NCBI GenBank assembly: GCA_040954595.2
Contig: CM082597.2
Coordinates: forward strand, 2,900,265 to 2,964,264
Direction: 5' to 3'
DNA: 64,000 nucleotides
Source: Balanoglossus misakiensis
Lineage: Eukaryota > Animalia > Hemichordata
In this document: positions 40,601 to 54,036 of the stretch, piece after piece
How the letters are laid out: each line of letters starts with the position of its first letter
How positions within the stretch are numbered: the stretch's first letter is position 1
The notes under the pieces: model-generated
The model's input: only the letters and a program-made list of their open reading frames with translations
Told to the model about the DNA's origin: nothing
The model's database searches: none
Position numbers and translations under genes: made by a program

Positions 40601-43600
40601 TCTGTGCAATAATAAATGAGAAGTTCACCAGATCCTTCAAGCTGCAGAATAACTTCGTCTTCGCAAGGCTCATCAATGTGGTAATTGACCCACTGTGTGC
40701 CGTTGTATGTTTCAACTTTTACACAGGTGTCTCCAGGTGGGTAAATTATAAGGGTACCGTCGCTTGAGTAACTTAAATCTGTCAAATTATAAATTCAATT
40801 AATTAACAATGTGAGGTTTAACTTGCTCATATCTAACCATATTCTAAAGTTCAGAGGTCAGATATACGGTATACAGCACGTACAGTATAGAAAAGCAACA
40901 AAACTCAGATAACGTTGTCAATTTCGCTTTCCACTTTTAAATAACATATGGGTCTTGTGTTTCAGGTTTATCATCTATCTGTTTCATTTATTTCCAATCT
41001 TAAATTCAGATATTGTAGTCACATCGGATGTTCAATCTGTAAGTCATTTCTTATGTTAGCCTCACTTGTATTACTCTTATGACGCAAATTCCTAGCAAAA
41101 TCCTGATTACTCACCAGTTTCACTAGGTGTTGGAGCTGTTCAGAAATAATACAGGAATGAAATACATAATTAATACAATGAAGAACTCCTTGAGAAGAGA
41201 GTTGATTCAGTTAAGAAAATTTTGTGTGTCTCCAGCAGCCCGGGTCACCCTTTTTCAAACACTTAACCTAATTTTGAAAGATTTAAGAAAACCTCACGAT
41301 AATAATAATAAACTTGTAATTCAAGTACTGCTTTTTGGCATTATCATAGCCACGTTTCAATTGTCCAATGTATTCACATCAACAGTTACAAAAATCATCT
41401 CTTAACGCAAGCATCCTACCAATGACCAAATGAAAATGAACTGACAGTCCCAAGAAATTATATCATGCATACCAAATGTCAAATCGCGCAATTAATCAAC
41501 CAACCAACCATCCAGCCACCAACAAATCCAACCCAATCATCTTTCTGCCCTTTGCTGTTTGTTTATACCTCTAATATTTTACTTACGTAACGTTGAGTTT
41601 ATCACAGGCTGACTGTAACTCTTGCCAATATCATTGATGCTGACAACAGTGATGTGATATTCAGTCATATGTAGCAAGTTATGGATCGTATCTGTTGTAT
41701 TTTGTGTCTCATTTGTTTTCCTTGTGTCATCTTCTGGTGATTGAGTTTCACGGTATTGTAAGTAGAAACTTTGTTCCAATCCACCATCGAATCCTGGTGT
41801 CCAAGTCACCGTCAAAGTATCCTCAGATTTATCTTGTACAAAAACATCATAGGCTGCATATGGTCTTGCTGGAATTAATATGATGACGTTCAGGTCAATT
41901 TTCAGATAGCTTAACATTTTGATATTTGGTAACAACAACAACAGCAACATTATTTTCCTTCTGTTTGTCGAATGGACATGTCAAGAATGTATTTTTTTTA
42001 ATAAAATGCCAATCAAAAAGTAAAACAATACTTAATTCAGCTGTCTCTGAAACAATTTTGCCAAGTGTAGGTGTATGATTCCCTTCCAAGTTTCATGACA
42101 TGATATTAGACAATAGAGGCACAATATAAGGGCCAACGTTGCAATTTCTTGATTAAGGAATCATTGCTTTGAGATCACGCTGCAAAAGATGAGTAACTGG
42201 ATATAAAGTGTCAATCGATCTTAACGACAACATGTAACGCAATTACCTATATCAGACAGAATAATTATAAAATCAACTTACACTTTCCAGAGAGATTTAT
42301 CGTAAAATTGATGCCATTTAAATAATTGGTACTTTGGCAAACGTAATCACCATAATCATACTCAGTAACATTGTAAATCGTCAGCATACTCTGACTGGTT
42401 GTGTCGATTTTGTTTTCACTGATGAGGTATTTATCGGTGTCGTTGATGATGGATTTGTTTCTGTTGTCAAACCAGGCAAAATCTACGAGCGGGTTACTGT
42501 TGATTTCACACAAGAGTTCAGCATCCTCTGTCAGATTAACAGTCTGTCTTTCATTTTCTTCTTCGTTCAACACAAAAGGAGAGTCTGAAATAATAATCAC
42601 CACATAAAACATAACTCAACGAATTAATGCAATTGATACCGTTTAGATTTCCAATAACAGCTTGATCTGTTACCCTTTTGAAGAAAGATATCCCATAATA
42701 AAACTGCTCGTTAGAATAATTGATAACCAGCACGAATTTAAGTTTTAGGTGATTTAACCCTGGAGTAAGACATATTTCGTCGATTCGGTTCCCTTTTTTT
42801 GAGGGGGAGAATAGTTCAGACTAGCAAATGTTGCAGTTCATGCTTTTACACTAATTGTTTACTAAAACTATCAATTTCTCAAATACAATATAGAATTAAA
42901 ACCAATGGAGCTGCCACTTTTTGCCCTATTTTCATGATTTTACTTTCCAACTTTGCTACATCCAAGTAAGCCCACTGGTCGGTATACATGAACATCTTAA
43001 CTATTGTGTTAAGCGTCGCCAAGAGATGACAAACACAACTAATATGGTTTAATGGTGATGATTCTAAAGAATACTGAGAATTGAAATACTTTAAATGTAC
43101 TGCATGCACTTCTTTTGCTAAATCCGCAGATATTAGGAACATGTTTGCTTTTATGACAGCCAGTTACATAGCTTTGGTTGCCAAATTAAATAAGTTATAC
43201 CCAGTCGAACAACTAAAACGTCTGCTGGGTCCATGGATAATTAAAACACCTAATAAACATATTCTATCCAACATTTCAATTACCGTGCTCAAATTCCTAC
43301 TAAGTGCCAATGTAACATGTTCACGAATATACGTCGCATGGACATGAAAATAACCTTGCTGCTTTTGTTGAAGTAATGATTTGAAACTTGGATGGGCACA
43401 CTGTTTCAGTTTATTTTACTGCATTTCCCATTTAGTTTGGATCTGATATGTCTTTGTGGGACCCACTGGAGTGTCTGTATGTCATAGTGTTTTCATCATT
43501 TCGCTTGTCGTATGTGTGTTTTATTTATACGTGACCCCTAAATCAAAGTAATTAATGTAGCATTTCAAAATAGGACTTACAGTGTACGTCAAGCACGGTA

Positions 43601-46600
43601 TCTTCTGACAATATTCTGTCCTCTTTGAATTCGTCGTTGAAAGCCTCACATCGGTATATTTGTCCATGATGTTCGTAGTTAATTAGGCGAAGTGTTAAAT
43701 TTTGCAATGTGATAAACCCAGCGTATACACCGTCCAAATATTGAATTGGACTTAAATCCTCCTTGACTTGTATTCCATCTCTGAACCAGTCTATGCTCGC
43801 TTTAGGATTACTGCTACATGATATGCAGGTAAGCACGAGTTCGTCACCTTCAACTACAGGTCCTGAGTATCCCGTTAGGTTTGTGATGCAGCCATCTGGT
43901 TCTACAGGTTGAACTAAATAAAGTAATAGATAGGCATTAAGGTGATACCGTCACATTTCTAATCATGGATTGATGTCGGTGAAATAAATAAATAAATAAA
44001 AAAATGTTTGGTTTGAATTACGATTGCCCAAGTCAACCAACTTTGAGAATGACGGTGTGATTGAATAGGCTTGCGATGGCTTTTGAATTTTCTTCAAATC
44101 ACCTGAAACCGGACACTGACAAGATTGCACATTACAGCACGCGGTGCGAATCATTGTGAGAATTAACATTACAGTCTCAGTAGCTACATTACATTTTGAT
44201 GAGATTGTGACCGGCTCAGATAAGGGCTAGAGCGTTAACAATTATTACAAATATATTGATTCTACTTACAATACACCTCTGTTTTAACATAGCTCGATGA
44301 AAGGCCGTCCGAGTAGCCAGTCCGCGTAGCATTGCAGTTAAACACATTAGCATTATGAGATGCCTGAATATTGATGATCAGACAACCTTCTGTAATCTCC
44401 CCATGGAATGAACCCTCTGTTCTTCTTTCTATCATGGTCTCGTGTTCATTTCCTGATATCTCAACTCCGTTCTTGTACCAATAAATAACAGAGTAGGGAT
44501 TGCTAGAGTCCGTGATACATGTTAGATTTAAAATTTCACCTTTTTTGGCAGGTTCATCGTACGCACTTATGGACAAGGATATACTTTGAACTGCAAAATA
44601 AAAATGGCCAATATTTGTGAATGTAGTATGTTTATTAGATTATGCAAATTTTTCTCCATGGACTCAAAATACGTAAGATATACATGTTTTTTATGCTTTC
44701 TGAGACAATTAAATAGCCCAGGTCTATTTAGATATGATTGCTTTAGTGAATTTTATATACCGTAAAAATTATTTCACTGATCCACAATTAATTCTTACAA
44801 TGACCATCATACAATAATTACGGGGTTAATTGTCACTGATCTCGACATTATTTGCATTGACGGACATTGATTAGAGCAAGAAAATATACCCTTCATTTAA
44901 AAATAGTATAAACTGTACTTACAAGATACGTTTAATGGGCCAACCCAACAGTTAAGTACACCAGTCTCAATATCATTGAAAGCTTCGCATCTGAGTAATA
45001 TCTGGTTATCATCTCGCTGAAGAGTCCATAAATGTTCGTTTATGGCTATTTCGCCTTCATATTCTTGCGTTTCCGTCAAAACATATTCGCCTGTTTCATT
45101 TATCCATCGTAATGTTGCCAGAGGATTGCCATCAGACGTGCAAGTAATGTTAAATAAGGTCCCTTCATGAAATGTGTCGCCCTCCGTATTGTAACACGTT
45201 TGTGATGTTGGAAAATCTAAGGTAAAATAAAAAGGAGCTACTGTCCAAAGGCGCCATGTTTGGTAACTTGCTATCAAAATGGCTTCATTGTCATTATCAT
45301 TCTGGTTAACAAATTCCCAAATGTATAATATTATGTTATATGTCATTAGCGTCGCATATCGCCCGATGCATAGTCGAGGGTGTTGCGCTGCGCTAATGTC
45401 CAAGTACATCTCCGTTAGTTTTTGCATTGCATATTGCTTGGCTTTCAAAACGCCTGTATAATCGATCGTAACCGCTCATGCTGAAGCACGGTACACAGTG
45501 AGCATACTTTCTGTTTTTGTTTACATTGGTTTGGGGGTAGTCTTGAAACAGTTCGCAGTGAAAGTACATCCGTATACAAGGTGAGTTTGGGTGCCTTGAA
45601 ACTGTCAACATACGTAATTAATTTCTTAATATATTTAACGCAAGAGAGACAAATTCAGTTGATACAATAAAATCCATTGGTTGGTAAAATGCATTGGACT
45701 TGAAATTCATTGCTTACATGTACTTACATTTAATGTCGAGTGCGTCTGTGCTACAAATGTTAGGTGGAGAAACGGTCTCATGGTTACCATGACAGTCAAA
45801 TATTAGACCGTTATCGAATTGTGTCAAGTTCCACCTAAATATATTTGATGTTATTTTGTCACCACCCTCTTCTGGCACAGTGTATTCACCATCCAGCGCA
45901 GTAGAACCGTTGAGCCACACGAGTTGTGGATATGGGTTTCCATCTGTGGCGGTGCAGGTGATTTCGGCAAGGTCTCCAGCTTTTGCATATTCATCTCCGG
46001 AGTTGTAGCTGAATAAACATTCCGGCCAACCTTCGTCAGGTTCATCTAAAATTATATGATATTAATGCAAGAATCGAACTTTAACAGCAAATAGAAATGC
46101 CACCCCAGAAATAAAAACAGAGAAACTGAGCAAATGTTATGACATGGACTTACATAATACATCTAGAAAAACGTCTGTCTTCTCTGTTCCGAAGGTATTG
46201 GTCACGTCACATGTGTATGTTGTTCTGTCTTCACGTAGTACATAGTCAATGGAAAATGTAGTTCCGTCCGGACTTACATTGTATCTACCATTGTTGGGTA
46301 TATCGTTTCCGTCTTGATACCATTTATAGGTTGGAGCTGGATTTCCACTCGATAGACAGATCATCGTCACTGTATTATATTCTATGACGGGCTCTTCCTC
46401 AATAGTGATGGTCGGTACACTTGGGGCGCTGGGGACTGTGACATTAAAGTAGTTTAAAATGTGAACATCATATATAGCCTATCGATTCGCCATAGACAAG
46501 ATATGTCAATAAACATGAGGTACGTCGATGGTTTAGTAGTGTTATATTTGTACTGAATGTACAAAAAGAACAGGTGGTTTCAATAGAAAAACCTATGGCA

Positions 46601-47863
46601 ACATCAAAGCTGCTGCCATAGATAGAGACGAATGTGATGCAGCAAATGGATCATAAAAAAGAAAACACCAAACACACAATTTTAACAAACGTTCTCAGTA
46701 GCTGGGAGGATAAAATACAAACTGTCGTTGTTCTAGAGCTTATTGCTGAAGAAAATTCTGATATTTCTTGGAAAAGCATCGTCTACACTTTGGCGGCCAG
46801 AGAAGTAGCAAAATAAAAAATTCCATACCAAGCTACCTACCCTATTTTTGAAAACCATGTAATCGGAAAAGCACACATTAATTGTTTCGGCCTAATGTTT
46901 CACTAGGAGGAGCACCTACTAATGCGAGAACCATGGATTGAAAGTTGTGCCTTCAAGCATCCGTTTAAATTACCTGATACATCCAAGAGTATGATGTCCT
47001 CATCTCTAGTAATACCTGGCCCGGAAATTTCACATATATAGGTTTCACTGTCTTCAACAACTGTTGACGTGATGTTCAGTGACGCCTGATCAACCAAGCT
47101 ATGGCGATCGTAGCCGTCGCTAAATACCGGGTCATGTCCATCTTCACGAATGACAATCACATTTGCAGAGTCAATCGAATTAAAATACCAAATCAATGTT
47201 TCTCTGGTTTCGGTGTATGTACACGGCAATAATGCGTCTTCGCCAACATAAACATACACGTCATCACCCGTTTGAACGTCTTCAACTCGAATAGGTTTCG
47301 ACAAACTGTCGACTGTCCCTGTGACAACATAATTGAGAGTTATAAGTTGCTACGTTCATAGACTTAATGTGTTTTTCATGAATATATTTTGTATTTTGCA
47401 TAAGAAGGTAAGTGCTTAGCCAAATATTAATTAAGCATTTGCTGATCAAATGATCATTTAATTGTAAATTCTTTAACAGAAAAATCAAATACAACGCCTC
47501 TTTTACCGTTTTCAGATTGCAACTGAAGACAACGCACAACATTACATACATGTACATAGGGTGTGTCAGTACCAATTGTGGCACAATGATACCATGTATG
47601 GGAAAGTTGATTTTCAGCTGCACAAGCAATATTGTCAGCCTTTGGTAACTGCGAACAACTCGTTGACTTCTGCTTTCTTTGGATGTAAATAAAAAGTGTT
47701 CAAATATTGCCTGCAACAGACATGCCACCATTTTCTCTGCTTTCAATATATCAACGTCCATAAAAGTTTACTTGCATTCACTCAAAACATATAATGGGTA
47801 TTGCAACGTGAGCTTACCAGATAAATGAACAGCAGAGATAATCGTCAAAGCGAAGAGGATCAT
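37605..47863 (-). CDS. Gene C: nephrin-like IgSF receptor, paralog of gene A (signal peptide, V-set, 6 Ig, FN3, Cys-containing stalk, TM, ~300-aa tail with ITIMs and terminal ITSM)
   Basis: Leader 47818-47863 ([15 protein letters not shown]); V 46974-47318; Ig 46154-46435, 45728-46045, 44923-45216, 44270-44590, 43581-43913; I-set 42282-42584; FN3 41587-41868; stalk 40560-40778; TM 40079-40210; cytoplasmic 39812-39830, 39461-39543, 39229-39342, 38746-39018, 38207-38430, 37605-37760 (LVYADL...TEYADI). Open frame with GT-AG sites. Confidence 0.88.
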
Positions 47864-47981
47864 GTCTTCAAAAGGTTTTAGGTTGATATGAATATGCACC
47901 CTCTGTAATACCATTTCACTCCTGTAGAAGAAGGTCATTATGAATATCTGGTGATGTCATTTTGTCCCATGATCCAAATCA
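45620..47981 (-). repeat. Inverted segmental repeat arm 1 (5' end of gene C)
   Basis: Reverse complement matches 54037-56452 across exons and introns; ORFs 46903-47304(-) vs 54778-55179(+) and 46634-46816(+) vs 55253-55435(-). Confidence 0.92.
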
Positions 47982-48051
47982 TTGATTAACCAACCTAACG
48001 CATATCGCATTTCATTTACGAGAGGTTTCTATCACGGAAGGAAGATCAAAC
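47864..48051. promoter_or_regulatory. Putative bidirectional promoter/5' UTRs between genes C and D
   Basis: Only 188 bp separate the two divergent ATGs; contains an ETS-type acggaag/ggaag near 48034. The TSSs themselves cannot be seen. Confidence 0.6.
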
Positions 48052-51000
48052 ATGGCTGACAGAGAAAAACAATGTGCTTTACTTCTGGTTTTCATAATTT
48101 TGATATCTATCGACAATGGTAAGTGGAGAACTCTTATCTAGCCATCCTTTGTTTCATCAATATTGGATTTTCTAACACCTTATTTTGTCTTCTCAGGGAC
48201 GAAATCATGTGAGGTTGAAATTAACATCGCAGACGATAGTGTTTGTGAAGCAGTTGGACAGCCGTCTATCTTAAATTGTTCGTACGCCGTCGACTCTTGC
48301 AACACCGAGCTTCTGGAGTGGTGTAAGAATGAGGGTACATCTTGCTCTACAATCATACAGCTATACGATGGAATTGAATATAATTTTGCTGGATATGAAC
48401 GGTTTTCATTCATAAGTGGTACAACTGACTTACTCATAAATGAAACTTTACTCGAAGATGAAGGTGTATATACCTGCAGTATTAGTACTACAGGCCTGTA
48501 CATTGCTGAAAATGTAAATCTCGACGTCTTAGGTATGTAAATGGTCGTTAAGCGGGAAATCAATTTATGATGTTATGTCACTTGGTATTATACACTAGTC
48601 TAATATGTGCCCATACTCACCAAGTGACAAGTAAAGAGGACATTTTACCACGTCATTCTCTGTAATGTGTGAAGTGTATAGTTGTAAGGTGAATGCCAAA
48701 CCCGCATCAGTGAAAGACATTTCTCTATGGGAAAAATTCGAAAGTATAATTATCTTGCATAAACATATAATAGCACGAAGTGTTTTGCTGTATTTTGAGT
48801 ATCAACAAACCATGAGGGCGCTTTTCACATGGTGGCGATTTTTTTCAACTCTCAGCTCTTAGTGCTTAAAACGTATTTAGTTGAACCAAATGTAACTGTT
48901 TACATATCAGACGATTTCGTAGAATTGATTTCAGGCAGCAAAATAATATGTAGCGCTAATAGTGTTAGACTCCATAGGAATTAATGAAACCAAGCTCCAA
49001 CATTTCAATTACTCAATATGCAGATAATCCAAAAGTTCCATTGCAAATTTTTATGAGTTTGTTAATTTATCACATATAGAGTAAAATGTACGGTAAACAA
49101 AGACTTGGTCGGGTTTTTGAGTGAACATTGAATAGTTATTAGAGTAACTTCAGTTTACCTTTGAGGGCGATTGGTAGTTATTTAAACATAATATGCATCT
49201 CACAAATTCTGCCCAACAGGTATACCTCTAGTCACCGTCCTTATTCCCAAAGCATTAATAATTACCGCTGTAATATTGCTTTAATTGTGTGTATCGTAGA
49301 GGACACTTAATGCACTCAACATTTCATTCAACCCATCTAGAAGTAGTATAATAGGCTAATAAAACTGTCTTTATCCAGTGACTTTATCCGGTGTACGTAT
49401 TGACATGAAGCCCGTCACAATTGGTTAATGTGACTATGTTTATTATCGGTCGAAAAGTACAAATTAAAGTGTGTTTTATTTGTTACCTACTTGCTTCTTT
49501 ACCTCATCTATGCTTTCCATTTCATATTCATTAAATGTTATTTATAAATGACATATGTCAAATTATCCTTTGATTGATCCGGTTTTGTTTTCTTATTCAG
49601 AAAATGCACCGACGTATGCAATGGTAGAATTTGATTCCCCAGCTATAGAACATGACACAGTTTTCATGATCTGTCACCACTCAAATGTAAGCTGTATATC
49701 ATATGTGTGGTACAAAGGTGGCATGCAGTTAAATCAATCATCAGACGGCATATATTATGACAGATGGAATTCTACCCTTATTATATTCAATGTCAGTAGG
49801 AGCCATTCAGGATCATACAAATGTGAGGCAATAAATGCTGTTGGAAGTGCGACAAGCGAAGAGGTATACCTTGATGTCGAGTGTAAGTAATGTAACTGTC
49901 AAACTCCAATTCACAGTTGGTGTTTTGATACTACATTCTGGGTATCAAAATAATCAGTGTTAGATCATAATATACTGATCATGGCATATTTTCTCCACCT
50001 GTCGAGATACTAATATTATTGAGATAATATCTCGCATTCTGTACCGGATACCATCAGAAACTCTATATCTTCCGCTCTGAGATGGAGGCTAAATTGGCAT
50101 ATTTTCCTAATCACCATTTCGTTAGTTACAACACTACCTGTATGATGATAAGTAACACCTAAAATTAACAACACAGACAGTTTTTTTCCAGCAGTTGTCA
50201 ATCTTCACTAATACTCACTAATAGCACGGTTATACCCAAACAAAAATCTATCTTAATTTCATATAAAACTCTTTGAATCATTAACGTTTAATAATAAATC
50301 CTAGAAAATATCCACAATATAGTTCTCAAAAATATATTTTTATTTATTTTTTCTTCGGAATTAGTCCCAGCATCGAATGTCGAAATATACGGTGGATGCG
50401 ACGAACACGAATGGAGATTCTCATGTCAATGTGATGCTAATCCAGATGATGTAAATTACACCTGGACGTTCAACGAGAAATACACTATCTATGGGCAGAA
50501 TATAACAGTGAATACTACCACTTGGAAACATGGTACTGTCCTGTGTGAAGCATGTAATATGCATGGCTGCGATTCACAAACTTTACCATACAAGACTTGC
50601 CCCACAGGTATACACAACCCCTTTCTTAATTATAGTATCAATATCAAATTACCCTACATTTCTTACGGCTTACACTGGACGTTCGATGTATATAAGTAAA
50701 GTACCTTACATTGTATTTTATGCTGATCACATTTGTCGGCAGGAGCTGTTGCATTCATTGTTCAATGGATATATTTCAGAATCATTCATATTTTAAATGC
50801 CTAACTGAACGTCGTCATTTTTACTTCTTTTAGACTCGGGAGTACTCTGGTGGGCAATAACCCTATGTGTCATACTTGGATGTGGATTGATTGCTGGCGG
50901 TATCGGTCTTGCCATATATCTTATAAAACGTCCAAAACGGTAAAATGATTTTTCGCAGTTAATATTGATCTGTTTTATATGATCACATTCAACATTCATG

Positions 51001-51448
51001 GCAATGAATGGTAATTTCGTTTCAAGCCATAGACCAGTTTGTATGTATTTGCATTAGATAGGAACAATTGCAAAGTCACTTGAACATATCAAAATAACTT
51101 ACCAAGATATCAGTCATTAGTGTAAGCACCAGGCAATTGAAAATGTCTCAATCTTGAAAGATTTTTTTCAATGAAAAACAAAATTCAGAATCTTCGGGGC
51201 AAGTAATATATGTGAAACTTAATACTGGAATACCAGCCAAAGAATTTGACCCTGGAGTTGCGGGTGGCATGTATTGTGCGCAATATTAAGAACGTCAATT
51301 CCAAACCCCACCACACACATCAGTGCATTTACTGTATCGTACGACACAGTTAGTAATTCCAAATTCTATAATGCATTGTCCTTTGTATGTGAATTAAGGA
51401 GACATAAACTAATACCACCAACATTTTCTTCTTTCTAGATTATCATAA
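48052..51448 (+). CDS. Gene D: short IgSF membrane protein (signal peptide, V-set, 2 Ig, TM, ~7-aa tail), paralog of gene B, divergent from gene C
   Basis: Leader 48052-48118 (MADREKQCALLLVFIILISIDN); V 48197-48532; Ig 49601-49882; short Ig 50365-50607 (FSCQCDANPDDVNYTW..VLCEACN); TM 50834-50939 (VLWWAITLCVILGCGLIAGGIGLAIYLI); last coding exon 51439-51448 (tail KRPKRLS-stop). Confidence 0.85.
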
Positions 51449-52241
51449 TGCTGGATACCGACTGCATAAAAAGGTGTGTTATACACTTCATATGTCTAGT
51501 TTTATAAGCACTGTATAATGATAAGCGTACTATCGTCGGTCAACATTCTGCGTGACACTGTGTGATCCACTTGTTCTTGTGATAATGGCCGTATCACCGA
51601 TCATTTCGACTCATAGTGACACGGCCATGCGTCACATATTGGCGAATTATACATAATGTAGTATTTACTCGTATGGTAATTCATAGTTTAGGAACTGGAG
51701 ATAGACGTACATTTAGATTCTTATTTAGACATTGGAATATAAAAATGCCTCGATTGCCAATATATCGTTGGTGCATATTACCTAAAGATACCGAAAAAAA
51801 AATTCTTGTATTGTGTTCCGGTTTTAACATTCTTAGTGGCTAGTATAATTGTGCACAATAAATAAAAAAGTGTTTGTAATTCAGGAGTTGGCCAAATGTT
51901 TATGGCCAATATAGATAAGTCCTGCACTGGAAAATCCATATGTTTCATTAAAATATGTGTAATTATTAACTTATCATTTTCCTTACTTTACAGAGATTGC
52001 TGTAAACAGTGTTATCCTTCAGTCCTTTCCAAAGTTGGACAATGTACTGGTCGCAAAGAAAACTTCTTTATCTTGTTCTTGTTGTATATAAGTTTTTTCA
52101 CAAATCAAATAATACATACAATGTATATTATATATCGGATATGACACACAATTACATACTTTTATATCACTAATTAGGTGAGTCTTCTGGAGATTTTTCA
52201 CATTGTCACATTTGAGATCGTCGACAGAACATAAAGTACAT

Positions 52242-52576
52242 ATTTTTGAAGGCTAACATATAGGGGAACATTTTTGTTTTGTTTTGACCATTGTTTACAC
52301 ATCTATCACATGACAGTCAATTTCAATTTCTGCACATTCGGTGAATTAATTCACTGCTCAGGAAGTTTATGTGTTATATATGATTTTTTTAAATCCGAGA
52401 TTCTTTCTATGAGACTTACGGCAGGTTGCATTCACGCAAAATTGTGTCAAATATTTCAAAGCAGTAACAAAAGACATTGTGAAGATTATTGAAATCACCT
52501 GTCATGTGATAGGTGCATACACAATGGTCATGGTGACGTTATGAACATGTTTCCCCATATATTAGCTTTCAGAAAA
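52242..52576. mobile_element. Degenerate MITE-like inverted repeat
   Basis: tttttgaaggctaacatataggggaacat ... atgtttccccatatattagctttcagaaaa. Confidence 0.45.
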
Positions 52577-53672
52577 TAAATGCTTTAAGGCTATTATGAG
52601 GTCAATAATTCCCAAAGAAATTTTTATTTCAAAAAGTCAATTTCTTACACTGGAACACATGTTTTTTAAACCTAACCAGACTTATTGTAATCTTTAGAAC
52701 AGATAAACCAAAGGCAATTTAAATGCAAAGTTGTAAAATCTCACGAGAATTTGTATGTACGCTTGAAATCAAAGAAGCAATTTTCAAGGTAAAAACAGTG
52801 GACACGAGCCAACGGGGCTATACATTTAAATGTGTAAAGCAAGTCTGTAGATATTGTTTTGGTTTATTTTATGACATCTGTGGTAATTTTGTTGGTAACT
52901 TATCCTAATCACATTTAAATAACTGACAAGACATACAGGCTATTGTAAAATGAAAGCGAAATTGAAATTCAATGGTAAATATCCAATGATTTGTACATCC
53001 ATGTTACTTGTTGTTCAAACGATTATATTGTGAATGACTATAGGAACGTTTTTTTCACATATTCAACTTAATTAGGTTAAGGAAAATAGTGTTGTATATC
53101 CATTACTTTGAGGTCAGTGTGTATTTTGAATTATATACAATGCTTATTTTTATCAAAACGTAGTATTCTCCGGTAATGAATCATTGTGAATAAAATGTTT
53201 GTGCAGTGTAAATATTTATGATTGATTGATTGATCCACCAATTGTCCTGTTAGTTTGTTTGGTAAAAATGACACTACAATTTTCTTGGCAACTCTGTCTA
53301 AATGCAACACCTTGTGGGGCTGTGTCTAAAATTGAACAAGTGCCAAGTGCTGTTATAACATAAACATACAATGTATATAAAAATAAATGATTAAAATGAA
53401 CAATTCTGTAAAGATTGGTTGTTGGTCCAGTCAGTATTGTTAGCATGTAACAAAATCACAGTTAAGTTGCCGCAGAAAACAAACACAAAATTATTCTCTG
53501 GCCGACATTCACCATAATTCCAACGAGACTGCCAAACAGATTTCACAGCCGGTTGAACACTTCAAATACTATTTACTGTACACGATTATTCGACCACATA
53601 AAATTGTTCTCTGTCAAAATAATCTGCAATATGTTCTCTGCATGGCATTCGGTGTTAATAAAGTCATTGTTC

Positions 53673-53810
53673 TGCTTGAATATATGGGAGTCCACAATAA
53701 CAAATGTGTGTCACTCGGCGTATTCGGTTGGCCTCAACCTGGCATTTGTGTCTTCTTCAGGCTGTTACCTAATCCAAGTATGCATAACCCATACATTTGG
53801 CAACGGGAGC
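53673..53810 (-). pseudogene. Decayed copy of the terminal ITIM/ITSM exon and 3' UTR of an A/C-type receptor
   Basis: Minus strand reads APVAKCMGYAYLD*..KKTQMPG..TEYAE (stops, frameshift) versus gene C APNAEGLVYADLD..KKPMPG..TEYADI. The UTR stretch tgcttgaatatatgggagtccacaata matches 37567-37593 with one mismatch. The acceptor AG is lost. Confidence 0.75.
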
Positions 53811-54036
53811 TCGTACAATAAAATAAAATATAAATAAGCTTTTTTTTATAGTGGTATGCAGCAAATTGTTATATGTGAAATCAACACAGCTGGTCTACAA
53901 TCATCTATTACATTTCGTTGTAATTATTAAGTGTTAATCATTTAAAGCTTAGAGTCAAAAGAAATTACTGCCATGTAAATAGCGCCCTCGTGGCTTGATA
54001 CTGAAAATACGCCAAAACACTTAGTGCTAGTATATG

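Noticed and set aside
814-47863. Calling gene A or C the nephrin (NPHS1/sns/syg-2) ortholog
   Set aside because: The architecture is similar, but these have 7 Ig domains, ITIM tails and local paralogs; orthology cannot be shown without a phylogeny, so no symbol is given.
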